Assembly (NCBI RefSeq): GCF_009914755.1
Contig: NC_060928.1
Source: the human T2T-CHM13v2.0 reference genome, Homo sapiens
Length of the DNA stretch: 64,000 nucleotides
Reading direction: 5' to 3' (one strand)
Shown: positions 43,417 through 57,230 of the stretch, in pieces
How positions within the stretch are numbered: position 1 is the first letter of the stretch
Layout: the number at the start of each line of letters is the position of its first letter
Notes under the pieces: model-generated
The model's database searches: none
What the model was told of the DNA's origin: nothing
The model's input: the letters and a program-made list of their open reading frames with translations, nothing else
Made by a program: the position numbers and the translations under genes

Positions 43417-46400
43417 TTTTTAATTGATATATAAGATTTTACATATTTATGGGGTATATGCTATAATTTGTTACTTCCATAGAATGTGTAATAATCAAAT
43501 CAGGGTATTTGGGGTACCCATCACCTTTGGTATTTATTATTTCTATGTTGGAAACATTTCAAGTTCTCTCTTCTAGCTACTTTAAAATATACAATACATT
43601 GTTGCAAACTCTAATTTTCTTACACTGCCATCAAACATTAGAATTTATGCCTTCTAAATTACTGTATGTTTGTACCTATTGACCGCATCTCTTCATCCCC
43701 TCTCCCATCTACACACCCTTCCCAGCCCATGATAACTATTATTCTACACTCTACCTCTATGAGATCAATTTTTTTAGCTCCCACATATGAGTGAAAACAT
43801 GCAAAATTCATCTTTCAGTGTCTGACTTATTTCACTTCACATGAACTCCGGTTCCATCCATGTTGCTGCAAAGGACATAATTATAATATTTTTATGGACA
43901 AATAGTATTCCACTGGGTATATATGAGAATGCAGGTATCACTTTGATATACCGATTTCTTTTCCTTTGGATAAATAGCCAGTAGTGAGATTGCTGGATTG
44001 TACAGTAGTTCTATTTTTAGTGTTTTGAAAAATCTCCATATTGTTTTTTTTCAAATTAGCTATACTAATTTAGATTCCCACCAACAGTGTATAAGAGTTC
44101 TCTTTTCTATTCATACTACCAGCATATTTTGTTTGTTGTCTTTTCAATAATAGCTGTTCTAATGAGATTAAGATGGTACCCTATTGTGGTTCTGATTTGC
44201 ATTTCTCTGATGACTAGTGATGTTGAGCATTTTTCATATGCTTATTAACCATTTGTATGTCTTCTCTTAAAAATATCTATTCATATCCTTTGCCCACTTT
44301 TTAATGAGATTATTTGTGGTTTTTTTCTTTTACTTTTGAGTTGTTCCTTTTATATTCTGCATATGAATCCCCTGTTTGATGAATAGTTTTCAAATATTTT
44401 CTCCTATTCAACAGGTAATTTGCCTCTTCACTCTTAATTATTTCCTGTTGCAATTATTGCTGTGCAGGAGATTTTTTAGTTTAATATAGTCTTATTTCTC
44501 CATTTTTATTTTTGTTGTCTGTGTTTTTGATGTCTTAGCAATTAAGTCTTTGCCTAGACTGATGTCCAGAAGCATTTCCCCTTTGTTTTCTTGTAGTAAT
44601 TTTATAGCTTTGGGTCTTATGTTCCAGTCTTTATTCCATCTTGATTTGACTTTTGTATGTGGTGATATGGGTCCAGTTTCATTCTTCTGCATATGGGTAT
44701 TCAATTTTCCCAGTGCCATTTATTCAAGAGGGCATTTTTCCCCAATGTGTGTTTTTGGTACATTTGTAGAAATCAGTTGGCTGTAAATATGTGGATTTAT
44801 TTCTGGATTCTCTATTCTGTTATTCTGTTCCATTGTTCTCTGTGTTTGTTTTTATAGCAATACCATGCTGGGTTATTTGTTTGTATTTTAGTTTTTTTTA
44901 ACTATGGCCTTATAATAGATTTTAAAATAAATTCAAGTAGTGTGATGCCTTTAGCTTTGTTCTTATTGCTCAGGACTTCTTTGGCTACGAAAGCTCTTTA
45001 GTAGTTCCATGAAAATTTAAGATTATTTTTCTGTTTCTATGAAAAATGACATTGATATTTTGATAAGAATCGTATTGAATCTGGCTGTTGTTTTGGGTAG
45101 TATGGTCATTTTAATGCTATTAAATCATGTGATCCATGATCACGGTTATGTCCTTCCATTTGTTTGTGTCCCCTTCATTTCTTTCATCAGAGTTTTGTAG
45201 TTTTCCTTGTAGAGGAAAACTTTCACCTCTTTGGTTAAACTTATTTCCAGTTTTTTTTTTTGGAGCTATTGCAAATGGAATTGCCTTCTTGATTTCTTTC
45301 CCAGCTATTTTGTTATTGGTGTATAGAAATGCTATCAATTTTTACATGCTGATATTTTATCCTGTATCTTTACTGCATTTATTAATCTTATATAAGTGTT
45401 TTTTGGCAGAGTCTTTAGGTTTTTCTACATGTATTATCTCATCATCAGCAAAGAAGTACAATTTGATTTCTTATTTTCCAAATTATATGCCTTTTATTTC
45501 TTTCCTTTGTTTGATTGCTGTGGCTAGGACTTCCAGTACCATGTTAAATAGGAGTGGTGATAGTAAGCATCTTTGTCCTGTTCCAGTTCTTAGGGGAGGC
45601 TTTCATCTTTTTCCTATTCAGTATATGGCTTTGTCACATATTATGGGCTTTATTATGATGAGATACATTCTTTCTGTAAGTAGGTTGTTGAGAGTTTTTA
45701 TCATGATGAGATGTTGAACTTTATCAATTGCTTTTTCTGTGTCTATTGAGATGATAATTTGATTTTTGTCGTTCATTCTGTTCACATGATGTATCATGTT
45801 TATTGATTTGCATATGTTGAATCATTCTTGCATTTGTGGGATAAACTATATTTGATCATATATTTTTTAATGTGCTGTTGAATTTGGTTCACTAGTATTT
45901 CATTGAAAATATTTGCATTTATATTTATTAGAGATATTGTCCTGTAGTTTTATTTTTTGTTGTGCCCTTGTTTGGTTTTGGTATCAGGGTACTGCTTGCC
46001 TAGTAATATGAGTTAGGAAGAATTCCCTCCTCTTCAATTTTTTAAGAATAGCTTATGAAGAATTGGTAGTAGTTCTTCTTTGGAAATACGGGGGAATTTT
46101 TTGAATTTGCTTTCACAGGGAGGACTTTTTTCCTAAGATCTGTGTATGTGTTGGTTGGGTAGGGCTCTTTGGCTTTGATTTTGTGTGTGTGCAGTAGTGT
46201 AGTTTCTGTATGATTTCTTTGGCTATAAACAGTGCCAGTAGTGTTTGTGCTTTCCTCGATTTCTTAGGGTGCAGTTGTGAGTGAAAGTGTTATGAAGTTT
46301 TGCTGAGGACTGGGATGCCAGATGGGCCAGGCTTTGGGCCTTAATAGGGACAGCTGTGGCAGACGCTGGCACGGGTATTAGTGGGTAAAATGGGGCTGAT

Positions 46401-47469
46401 TCTTGGGCATCCAGGTGGCTTCTTCATGTACTGGGAATGGCAGCAATGGGCCAGGTAGGTGAGCAGGTTCTTGAGCCCCTGGGCAGTGGGTGTGACATGG
46501 GTGATAGCAATAGCAGTGGTGGGACAATCTGCTGGGACCCAAGCTTTTGTGCTTGTGTTGGTGTTGGCTACAGTGGGCTTGGTAGGCCAGTCCCAGACCC
46601 ACAGATGGCATGGATGGGTGCCACTTCTCGTGGCAGCAACATGTTTAGTGGGCCTGACCTCAGATCTCACAAGAAGTGCTCAGGTGCCAACAGTGGTTTA
46701 TTGGGTTGGGCAATCCTCAGGCCCCTGAACTGAGTGCTCAGGTAATGGGGTGAGAGTGTCACCGAGCCAGTCAGACCTACCCTCTGGCCTCCCAGTTATG
46801 TATACCATCACTGGCTGTGGTAGGCAGGGGCAGGGCGATCCCCAGACCACCTGCAAAATGCTCATATGAGGGCTGCTGTGATTGCATTGTGACTCTGCTA
46901 CAGTGGAGGATGGGGTTGCTTTCAATGGGAGCAGCCATATACAGGCAGCCAGGGGCATGAGCTTCACTTCCACCTCAGTTCCATAGCAGCCCACTATGGC
47001 AGCAGTTGCAGGTAGGTGCATTTGTCCTCAGGGCATTTGCATATGCATGGCTGCCCCTCTGCTGAGCAGTGCAGGGTCAATGCTCATGGTTCCTGCAGTG
47101 GCCCTCATGGCAGCAGCTGTGAGGAAGGAATGTTACTAAAGCTCCAGAGATATTGAGATGCAGAAGCTATTGATCTGCATGACAGGACACAGTCTTGTGG
47201 AGGCTGGGCTCTCAAAATGGCACCATGCTGCAGCTGCTCGAGAGTAAGGTGTTTGTAGAAACCAGCATGACCTCTGTCTCTGGATCAATTCCATTGCACG
47301 GTCTCCAGGCAGCTCTCTATGTTAGTCTTAGAGCCTGCAAGTGCTGAGAAGCTCTCTTATAACTAGGACTGTAGGAGTTTGTGGGCAGGAATGCGGACCA
47401 CTGTGGGTGTCTCACTTATCGTGTCCCAAAATTAAGGAACTTCTTCAGATTCCCAGCTGATCCTGGTCT
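43417..47469 (-). mobile_element. L1MA-type LINE spanning 3'UTR, ORF2 3' half and GC-rich 5' region, with a large internal deletion near 46090
   Basis: L1MA 3' end 'aatcaaatcagggtatttggggtacccatcacc', ORF2-like peptides (KSRWNKDWNIRPKAIKLLQEN; IAFLYTNN), GC-rich 5' region at 46300-47465, and a 12/14 TSD. Confidence 0.88.
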
Positions 47470-49067
47470 GGAGTCAGTAGTAAGTTTAATTCAGGAGGTA
47501 ATATGACAAAAATTTTAACCTGACAGAAGATTCAGATGAAATGAAGAGGAGAAGAAAGGCAATTAAGAAGGTCATAGTAATTTTAATAAAAAATATATAC
47601 ATTATTATTATTTAGAATTTTATAAATAAACGTTTTTTGGTATCAATCTTGTTGTGGTATAAGAAGTCCATTGATTATTGACTTGATGTCAGAGACCATT
47701 ATGTGCTTATTTGCAGCATTAGGATGACAGTGGTTCCACCAGAGCTCAAGGGATGGTGATAAAAGCATTAGTCCAAAGAAACACTAGTATGGTAGAAAAT
47801 GAGAAAGGTTGGGCCACAGCCATATTTAGATCACCGTTAATTTCACTGCTGCTCTTAAGTGAGGCTTGTGTGAAGTTTTCTTCTGTGTGCTTTTGATTTT
47901 GTTTTTTGGTAAACTATTTTCCAACACCAAAAGTGAGAAAACAGTTGCTGTTTTCTCCATCTGCTCACTAAATTCTTCCTAGCTTTTCCCCATTCTATGA
48001 CAACACAGCAGATCTCTTTATGAAGATATCACATGCAATTATTTCTATCAATTTCATTGATTTTTTATGTGGGCCCATATTAATGAGATATATCACTAGT
48101 TTGAAAACCTGCTTGGTAGAATATTCAGATTCATTGTTTTGATTATTTCTGCCCCTTTGCTCCTTTGAATGTTCCTGCCCAGTTATGACAGTAAGAAGTG
48201 GTCACTAAAATGAAATTCTATACAGATTCCTTGTATTGTTATTAAGGGGCTATATTAAAATAAATGTTTTTGAGTGTGGCTGATTGTTCTTTTATAGCAT
48301 GCACATTTATGACCACCTTGGGAACCAGTAGCACTGCAACATATGTTTACAGGGTCTTAAAAGCTTTCAGAAGGCCAGAATGACAGTGATTCAATGAAAG
48401 TCCATTATCAACATTTCAGAGCTTGTCATGTTGCCTTAATGAGAAAAGAATGATTAATTTTACTTCCCTTTTTCCTCAATAGATGAAATGAGGAATCAGA
48501 CATCCAAATGATTAGCTCATGTATACTTACATGTAGTGGTGACATACAAACTTATTTATATAAAAGAATGGCAATTACTTCATTGGTATGTGTTATGAAT
48601 GTATATTGATATAGGCTTATTACTTCAACTCAAAAGTAAATGAATATTCTACTAAAAATTAGTATCTGAATACATCAAGGGAGAATATATTAACAATATG
48701 TATTAAAATGATACAAGGGACAGAATATAAATATGGGAGTGAAGGTATCTTGTTGCCAATAGTCACTATCATTAAATATGCATATTTTGGAAAATTATTT
48801 AACTTCCTAGAACAATGTAATTCTCAACTGTCAAGAGGTGTGATTAGAATAGGTCAACATGTTAAAATTATGTTACAACAATTAAATAATTATGCTGAAT
48901 ATAAATATTTATTAAGGAACAAATACAACTACTTGTTGTATTTGACAACTATTATGTTAGTTGTCAATCTGTTTTTTTAATAAAAAAATAAAAAGATTTC
49001 TTTACTGCAGAAATTCCCAGTGAGTTTGATATATTTAGATACTTCAATAAGTATTTGTTTATTGTGA

Positions 49068-49392
<325 letters not shown>

Positions 49393-49956
49393 AGGGTGGT
49401 TTTTACATGGGGTATAACATCAATATAACTTCACAGGCTTATTTGATTATTCTACAATGTGTAACTTGTTATGGTGCACACTCTAGAAAATATCTAGACC
49501 ATACTCTTACATTTTACATTTAAATAATACTGTAAAATCTTTAGTACTATCTTTTCTCTGCCCGATAAAGAAGGCTTTCAAGTGATATGCCTTTCTCAAG
49601 GGGATCTGTCTAGTCTCTGAGTATTTCAAAGTATTTTTTTCCAGCAAGTTATGAGTGAAGATCTGGTGGACTAATCAAAGCTTAATGTATTTAAACAGCA
49701 ACAAAAATAAAATAAAATGAAACAAAAAAATCAGAATTTTAAAGTAAGAGTATTATATTGTTTATCATAATAATACCACATTAAGAGCCTCTAATAATGA
49801 TTTTGAGAATATTCTTTATATTACTTTAATTTGACTTTAGTTTCTCTCTCCTTTTATTGACAAGTTAATTTTTGTACTTCTTATTTTTTTGTATTTCTTG
49901 TTAACTTGATTTCAATGTTCTGTGATTAAAACTGGCCTTAGGGTTCAATATTAGTG

Positions 49957-50667
49957 TTTTACAGTGGATAGCCAGTCAGACATGAACAGGGCAGGAGAAG
50001 GTCCCCAGAGCCCATAAGGAAAGTCAGGTGACCATCAGATAATGGTCAGGAAGTTGTCACACTGCCTTTCTAAAATAGTAATTGGTTGTAGCCAACATCA
50101 GAGAAAGGCAGTCTCCCATTAAATAGAAAAAAACCAGAAACTGGTGATCTCAGGGGGTGGGTGAGTGGGCTCACACATGTGCACTAAGAGGTCAAATGGT
50201 GTACTTTAACTGGCATATGACCTTTCAGGGTCATTCCACAGGGAAAGGGAAGAACGCCTCAGGTGAGCATGCATACATCTCCAGTAAACACACTGCACAT
50301 GCTCCCCTCCCAAGCATTAGCAGGCCATTGTAAATGCAAACAACCCATCCCAAGGGAAGAATCGGGGAGAAGGGATGCAAGATTCCAAAAGTAGGCCAGC
50401 ATGTAAAACCCGAAGTCCAAGGTCAAACAGGGCACTTGACCTCCAAGATGCCCTCGTGGCCTTCTTCCAAGCGTACTTTACTTTCTTTCCATTCCTGCTC
50501 TAAAACCTTTCAATAAATTTCCACTCCTGCTCTAAAACTTGCCTTGATCTCTTTTTCTGCCTTATGCCCCTCAGTCAAAATCTTTCTTCTAAGGAGGCAA
50601 GAACTGAGGTTGCTGCAGACCCATATGGATATGCCTCCAGTAACTTGAATAACTTCCACTGCTAACA
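49957..50667 (+). mobile_element. MER50 ERV1 solo LTR
   Basis: 'agacatgaacagggcaggaga...gtcaggtgaccatcag...ggcagtctccca', AATAAA near 50512, end GCTAACA, and a 4-bp TSD AGTG at 49953-49956 and 50668-50671. Confidence 0.88.
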
Positions 50668-50689
50668 AGTGAGCATCTAATTCTACAAC

Positions 50690-51000
50690 TTTAGGTGACA
50701 CACTCACAGATACCTTCCCTGTCCCAACAGATTAGGTAAGGCCCTCTGCTTATATGATCCTATATCACCCTCATTGGTCATCACGTACAAATACATACAC
50801 ACATGAAGTGTATGTATGTGTGTTTGTGATCACTTGGTTAATTTTGGTTATGTGATTAATTTATCCCGCTTACCCTGTTCTCAGATTATAAACCGAATGA
50901 GGGCAAACTTTAGTCTGCTTGACTCAATTCTACTTTTGTGAGGTCTAGCACCACGCCTTACCCATAGTAATTGCTAAACAAACAAAAGTTGAATGCTGAA
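50690..51000 (+). mobile_element. L2 3' end
   Basis: 'agattataaaccgaatgagggca...tctagcaccacgccttacccatagtaattgct...gttgaatgctgaat'. Confidence 0.7.
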
Positions 51001-52089
51001 TTTCAAAGACACTTAGGTAATAGACTTCAATACATACAAATTCGCACTTAGAAAGAATTGCTCAAATTTAGCATACAGATAGAAGCTATCTGTCTCTTAT
51101 TTTAATGAATAAATTTAGTTTAAAAATGTTGACCTTTATGCAAATAAAGTTGTTCCTTCAAAAATAATGTTTTAAAAAGTAATTAACCATTCTTACCTTA
51201 GATGAGAAATAAGTATATGAGAAGAGTATGGAATTAGAGAGACTAGGGACAGGAGGCAGGAAGCAGGAAAATGATAAATAATGGATATTTATCTTTAAAT
51301 AAATTCTACCACCAATTTTTTGTGTCTGAATCTGGCTCTGGATTCATAATTCTCTAACAATTATCTATTTTTAAAAACCTGAAATATATTTTCTTGTTAT
51401 TTTAAAAGTGGGCAACGTCATCATTAATTTTAATGACAGTATGTTTTCTAAGAGCAGCTAAGTCACTTTCTTGATGATGGCAAATCAATAGGAAATGGGA
51501 AGTCAACTAAGGTCTCAGAACACCTTCATGCAATTAGTGAGGATTCTGCCCAGATTCATTATAAAACAAATGGCCAAAATATACACAGAAAAAATGTATC
51601 CTCATCTGTATAGAACATAGTTTGTTTTAAAAGTGTAACCATTTTCATTAAATGAAACAAAAAATATAAGATAATTATGTAGAAAACCTTACCTCAAAGC
51701 AGTATAAATGTTGAGCTGTTAAATGTATATTGTGAATCTGAAATTATAGTTCCCACAGTGACCATAACCCAGCTGTCAGGTAAATATGTAGGAGTTTGTG
51801 ATATTTTATACAATGCAATGCTGTGTGCCATAAAACAAAATAATGTTGCTTACCAGTGGCTTTCAGAGTTATTTTAGTTTGCAAGTTTAAAGTTTATACC
51901 ACCATTGTCTGAAATAATTTGTTTTTAATAATAAATTCAGTTATATTTTGTTGTATGAAAATAATTTTTTGCCATTAAACTGCCCAATGAGAAGGATAAG
52001 ACAAACAAGTAGAATAGGTCATAAGTTCCTACTAACTTTTTATTGAAATTAATATTTTATTACTCTCTAGCTTACTGCCAAAACAAAAC

Positions 52090-52450
52090 CCAAGTTTAAT
52101 TTCATACCGTGCACCTATAATGTGCAAGCAATTGTGTTACTTACTATAGGAAATGAAAAGATGAATACATCACAAATGTGGCTGTCTTAGGAACTAATGC
52201 TCTGGGAATTATAATCAAGTAGCCGAATAAAATGGTTACACGTCTAAAACAAGGGAGCCTTAGGTAAGGGTGTTAAGAGAGCTGTAAAGGAAGCCATGAT
52301 CACATCTACTTAGGGGCTCAGAAAAAGCTAGATTTAGAGGGTAGGTTGATCTGAGTATATAGGGATTAGTGAAATTTCATCTAAGTGCTTAATAGATACA
52401 TTACTTCACTCTAGCACTGCAGCAACATGTGCGTAGATCTGGAAAACAGT
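52090..52450 (-). mobile_element. L2 fragment
   Basis: 'gcacctataatgtgcaagcaattgtgtt...aaaagatgaatac'. Confidence 0.55.
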
Positions 52451-53124
52451 GTTTAATAATGGAGCGGGTCTTGTCAGGAGTGTTTGTGTATCACTCTGGC
52501 TTCTATGGAATAAGATTTTAACAGGTTTCTAGGAAAAAATGTGAAACAATTTTGTGTAGGGGTGAATATGCAATATGGATAGAATTGACAGTACACTATA
52601 ATTTTTTGTTTGTGTGTAGATAATACACATATACACATATATGATATATGTGAGTATTATGTTTATGTACATGTATGTTTATATGAGATACAACATATAT
52701 CTATATAGTTTGTGTTATATATTTTGAACATAATATATTTTTGTATAGGAATATATGATTGAAATTACTTTTGTAGGTCAAAACATATTTAAAGCTTAAT
52801 TTAACTTCAATATTTCTTTAAAAATCTGCTTTATAAAACAAATTATTGTAAAAAAAAACTCTTTCCCACAGAAACATTATTAAAATTAGAGGCTGATGCC
52901 AATATTTTATACAAAGATATTTGTATAAAATATCTATATAAAAAGCTAGATATTTAAAGAAAAAAATGGATGTTTTTATAAAATTGAAGGTAATGAATGA
53001 TGTCCTAGGTTCCAGAACATTGGTATGAGTGTGTTCCTTTATAAAGAATCTCAACTTACAAGAAGAACAGTGACTATAAAAGTCTACTGAAGGAACATGC
53101 TCTCAAGAGAGTAAAACTGAAGCA

Positions 53125-53868
53125 CTGTATACTGGATGGCTTACACAACAGATGTTTATTCTCACAATTCTGGAGCCCGGGTAGTCCAAGATTAAGGTGC
53201 TGGCCTACTAGGGTCTTCCTGTTGAAGGCTCGCTTCCTGGCTTTCAGAGGCCTACCTTTTGGCTCACGTGACAGAGCAGGATTTCTCTCTTTCTCTTCAA
53301 ATAAAGCCATGACTTTCTCCATGAGTGCCCTACCCTCATAACTTCAGCTAACCCTAAACTTCACAAAGGCTTCATCACCAAATACCATCATATTGGAGGT
53401 TAGGCTTTGTGTTAGGCCATTCTTGAGTTGCTATAAAGAAATATCTGAGACTGGGTAATTTATAAACCAAAGAGGTTTAATTGGATCACAATTCCGCAGA
53501 TTTTACAGGAAGCATGGTGCTAGCATCCGCTCAGCTTCTGGGGAGGCCTCAGGAAGCTTACAATCATGCCAGAAGTTGAAGGAGAAGCAGGCACCTTACA
53601 TGGAAGGAGTAGGAGCAAGAGAAAGAGTCCAGCGGGTAGTGGGAAGTGCCCCACACTTTTAAATGACTAGATCTTATGAGAACTCACTGTCACAAAGATG
53701 GCACCCAGCAATGAAGGATCTGCCTCTGTCATCCAGACACCTACCACCAGGCCTCACCTCCAGCACTGGAGATTATAATTCAACATGAGATTTGGGTAGG
53801 GACAAATATCCAAACTGTATTAGGCTTCACATATAAATTTTGGGGAGTCTACAACTCAGTCCACAGCA
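53125..53868 (-). mobile_element. MLT1A0-like MaLR LTR, interrupted by MSTB
   Basis: 'actggatggcttacacaacagatgtttattctcacaattctggag' ... 'ctcagtccacagca'. Confidence 0.85.
53408..53822 (-). mobile_element. MSTB MaLR LTR nested in MLT1A0
   Basis: 'tgtgttaggccattcttgagttgctataaagaaata', with a 5-bp TSD GGCTT at 53403-53407 and 53823-53827. Confidence 0.9.
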
Positions 53869-55244
53869 GAGGTAAAGGTAGATTTTTTCTTCAAGTATCA
53901 GGACCTTTCCTAAAATATCTGGAGTGTTAAAAACTTAAAAAGGTTCACCTTATAAGAAAACTTGGGTAACCAAAGACAAAATTAAAGTATTTTTTTCTAG
54001 AGTCTAGAACAATAGCTATGATGACTACTCTTAACTATCTATTGGCCTTAATGTATCAAAATGTGACTAGGAAGTTCATTTTTAGCTGCTCTGCCCTGAT
54101 ATGCAAAATCTGTATATTTAACATTTTAAAAATTGTATCTCCAGTTGATTGCTGCAGGCAATTTAGATTAGCTTGTATCAAACTAAACCTCCAGCTGAGA
54201 TTAGCTATGAAAGCTAGCTTTTTTTTTTTTTTTTTAAGTGAGGGCATTGGAAAACAACAAAGGCATCCAGGAAGGAAAGAACTTGAGGGATCAGTATCCC
54301 TGGGAAAAAAGAAATCAAAGAGAAATGAGTCTAACTTTCTGCATGCAAATATCTCTCTAGGCATTGGCCAAACGCTGTGTATGTGGAGGACAAGAGCATA
54401 AAAGCAAGAAGAAATCACTTACTAAGAGGCTAAAGAAGCTAAATAGAGTTGTCGTTGATCTTTTTTTTTTTTTTTAATAATTGCATACTCCTAGACAGAC
54501 AACACCTGAAATTCAGGGCTCAACAACAAAAAAGGGATTTTGTAAACATCACCAGTTCTCAGTGAGATACTTGACATTTCTATGGCTAAGGCATAATTCA
54601 CTTAGAGACTTTGAAAATGTTTTCTGTGTTCTATTTCCTACATATATGTATATCTAGAACATTAGAGCACCAGCAGTTCTATTCATATTACACTAAGAGT
54701 AATTTTTAAACTGTTTTCTAACAATTTAACCATGAGAACTCTGTTCACAAATGTCTCACTTCTCCATTAACACATTCAAGAAAAACTCATACTTAACATA
54801 ATTTATCACAACCACGTATATGTTGCTGTTAGAGTTTTCAAAATAGTATGATTTGAGTACCAAAAATATGTCAAAATACTTTAAATAATTGATCAAACCT
54901 TTATTTGACAAATATTCATGGCTGCCATATTTTTCAAAAGACTTCTAGACAGATTTTGTCTATATGAATTCAGCAATTACAACTTTTGCAAATGTAAGTG
55001 TTTGAATCTTTAAACTAATGGCAAAATAATAACTTTTAGTTACTTTTCAAACATGTATTCTGAAAAGAGCAATTTATCAATGGTGACACAGTGGTTGTTT
55101 AGTTCTTTTAATAAAAAGTAGATTTTTAAAGAATATTAGCAACTATTTCCTTGGATCATAATATTATGACTAGATTCATGCTAACATAAACTCTTCTTTA
55201 GACAATATAAAATGTCTAATTGTAGCACTAGAATCTAGTAGATA

Positions 55245-55636
55245 TGATATGGTTTGGATTTGTGTCCTCACCCAAATCTCATGTCGAATTATAATCCCCA
55301 GTGTTGAAGGAGGGGCCTGGTGGGAGGTGATTGGATCATGGGAGTGGATTTCCCACTTGCTGTTCTCATTATAGTGAGTGAGTGCTCTTGAGATCTGGTT
55401 GTTTAACAGTGTATAGCACCTCACCCCTCTCTCTTTTCCTCCTTCTTAGGCCATGTAAAATGTGCCTGCTTCCCCTAGACATGCATACCTTCTGTCATGA
55501 TTGTAAGTTTCCTAAAGCCTCCCCAGTCATGCTTCCTATGCAGCCTGTGGAACCGTGAGCCAACTAAACCTCTCTCCTTTATAAATTACCCAGTCTGAAG
55601 TAGTTCTTTATAGCAATAAAAGAATGAACTAATACA
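55245..55636 (+). mobile_element. MSTA MaLR solo LTR
   Basis: TGATATGGTTTGGATTTGTGTCC...AACTAATACA, with a 5-bp TSD AGATA at 55240-55244 and 55637-55641. Confidence 0.92.
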
Positions 55637-55834
55637 AGATATTAGGCAATTTTTGTTCTATTATTTACCTGTATAAATGCTTATTAAATATCTATAACAC
55701 AAAAAAATGCTTGGCATTATGAAGATACAAAATAATACTTGATGACCCTCTTCTTCCAGCATGATTTACTGGTGTAAAATTTGTTCTCAAAATGACTCCA
55801 GAGATTTTTTAAAAGCTATAATAAAACAGGACAA

Positions 55835-56010
55835 GAAGCTACTGTATAAGTTGTTTATATTAAATCCTCACAAAACGCTTGTGAGATAGGTATTTTGCAT
55901 GCCAATTTGAAAAAAAAAAATGTGTATCCTGAGACTTTATAGTAACAAAAACATTCACAAAGCGATTTGGTTGGAACACACTTAACCATAACAACCATAC
56001 TACCTGACAA
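55835..56010 (-). mobile_element. MIR (degenerate)
   Basis: 'taaatcctcacaaaacgcttgtgagataggtatt'. Confidence 0.6.
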
Positions 56011-57180
56011 AGTAAATACAATAATAGCAAAAATAAGATAATGATTTTATAAGGGTGGATATTTCTATTTGGTGCCTATTGGATTTCTGCTAATACATTC
56101 AAGATTATTTGAATCTTCACTTCCATAATCAACCACACTCAGACAACCCAGGTTACACAAATCTTAGCAAAGATCTGATCATCTTGAAAAAGCAGAAGAA
56201 CAGCTGGCCTGTCTTCATGACTGTCACCATGTACGTGGATGCATTCAACAATGTACTTATTAATTTAAACGAGAGAAACCTTCACTTAAATTAGAGTAAC
56301 CCAGGAATATTATATGTGAGATATTATTGTAATTCATAGCAAAACACACGCATCATTGTGAAATTGAGTGAGTCTTAATGCCAGATTTGAGCTCTAAGTT
56401 CAAGTGTTTAATCAGTGATTATTTTCTTATTCTTATAATAAAATTAAAACTATGTAGAACAAAAGTTTCACTGCTTCATTTTAGCAAGTCACAATGCAGA
56501 ATCATAGGCATAACCCAGCGTTGCATGAGAACATCCCTCCTTTTCAAAATCAAATGGTCTGTGACTCTTTTTGGAGGGTGAGAGACACAGTCACCAAGAG
56601 TAAGCTGCCTAACACACATTTATTGTACCATTTATTGACATTTTAAAATGAATTAGTTCAGGTGTAATGACTCCCACTTAAAAATAATCTCTATGCTATA
56701 GAGAAATTTTCAGTAACAAGTTATATCTGCCTTTTGTATTCTTGTTAGAATCTTCAAATATGTATTCAAACTGTTTAGTGGTGATTTTTTTTAAGTTGCT
56801 TTCTCTGTCTAGAAAAATCCTCTCCTAAGGGTTTCAAAAACATAAAGATAGTAGAAATAAGAAACAGAAAATTACCGAAAATGAATAAATTGGAACTAGA
56901 GTAAATTTTGGCAAGCATTTGACCACAAAGGTCTTGACAGATAGAAAGTTCACTATATTTGACATTTAAACAAGCAGTCAATATTTAAAGAGAAGATATT
57001 TTCCTTGTTTTTGAGAAATTGATTTCAAGAGAAAATAAATTGTTAAGAACTCCAGCTACCTGAAGTTCAAATCTATGTGCATTTCAAAGCCTTCTCAAGG
57101 AACACAGGTATCAGTTACCCTCATATAGATTAAAAAGTGTAACTACAGTAGAAATGAAAAATAATTATCTTTACTTTCAG

Positions 57181-57230
57181 GTCCAATGTAAATGTGAAAA
57201 AGTTTTGTTCTTATGGATAACTCTCAGAAG
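57181..57230 (+). other. Candidate 50-nt internal exon
   Basis: Acceptor TCTTTACTTTCAG|G and donor AAG|GTAACT in non-repeat sequence. Confidence 0.3.

Noticed and set aside
45136-45717. Longest ORF (193 aa, hydrophobic, membrane-protein-like)
   Set aside because: It is the antisense frame of L1 ORF2. T-rich codons produce the apparent hydrophobicity.
46341-47021. Cluster of overlapping ORFs and raised GC suggesting a gene or CpG island
   Set aside because: It lies in the GC-rich 5' region of an old L1 and is CpG-depleted. Stop codons are simply rarer there.
51185-51790. Donor-like sites on the minus strand (near 51197 and 51692) and plus strand (near 51779)
   Set aside because: No matching acceptor or coding frame that I could support.
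54018-54418. Overlapping 127-aa and 120-aa ORFs on both strands
   Set aside because: They contain a polyT/polyA run, have no recognisable homology and lack convincing splice context.
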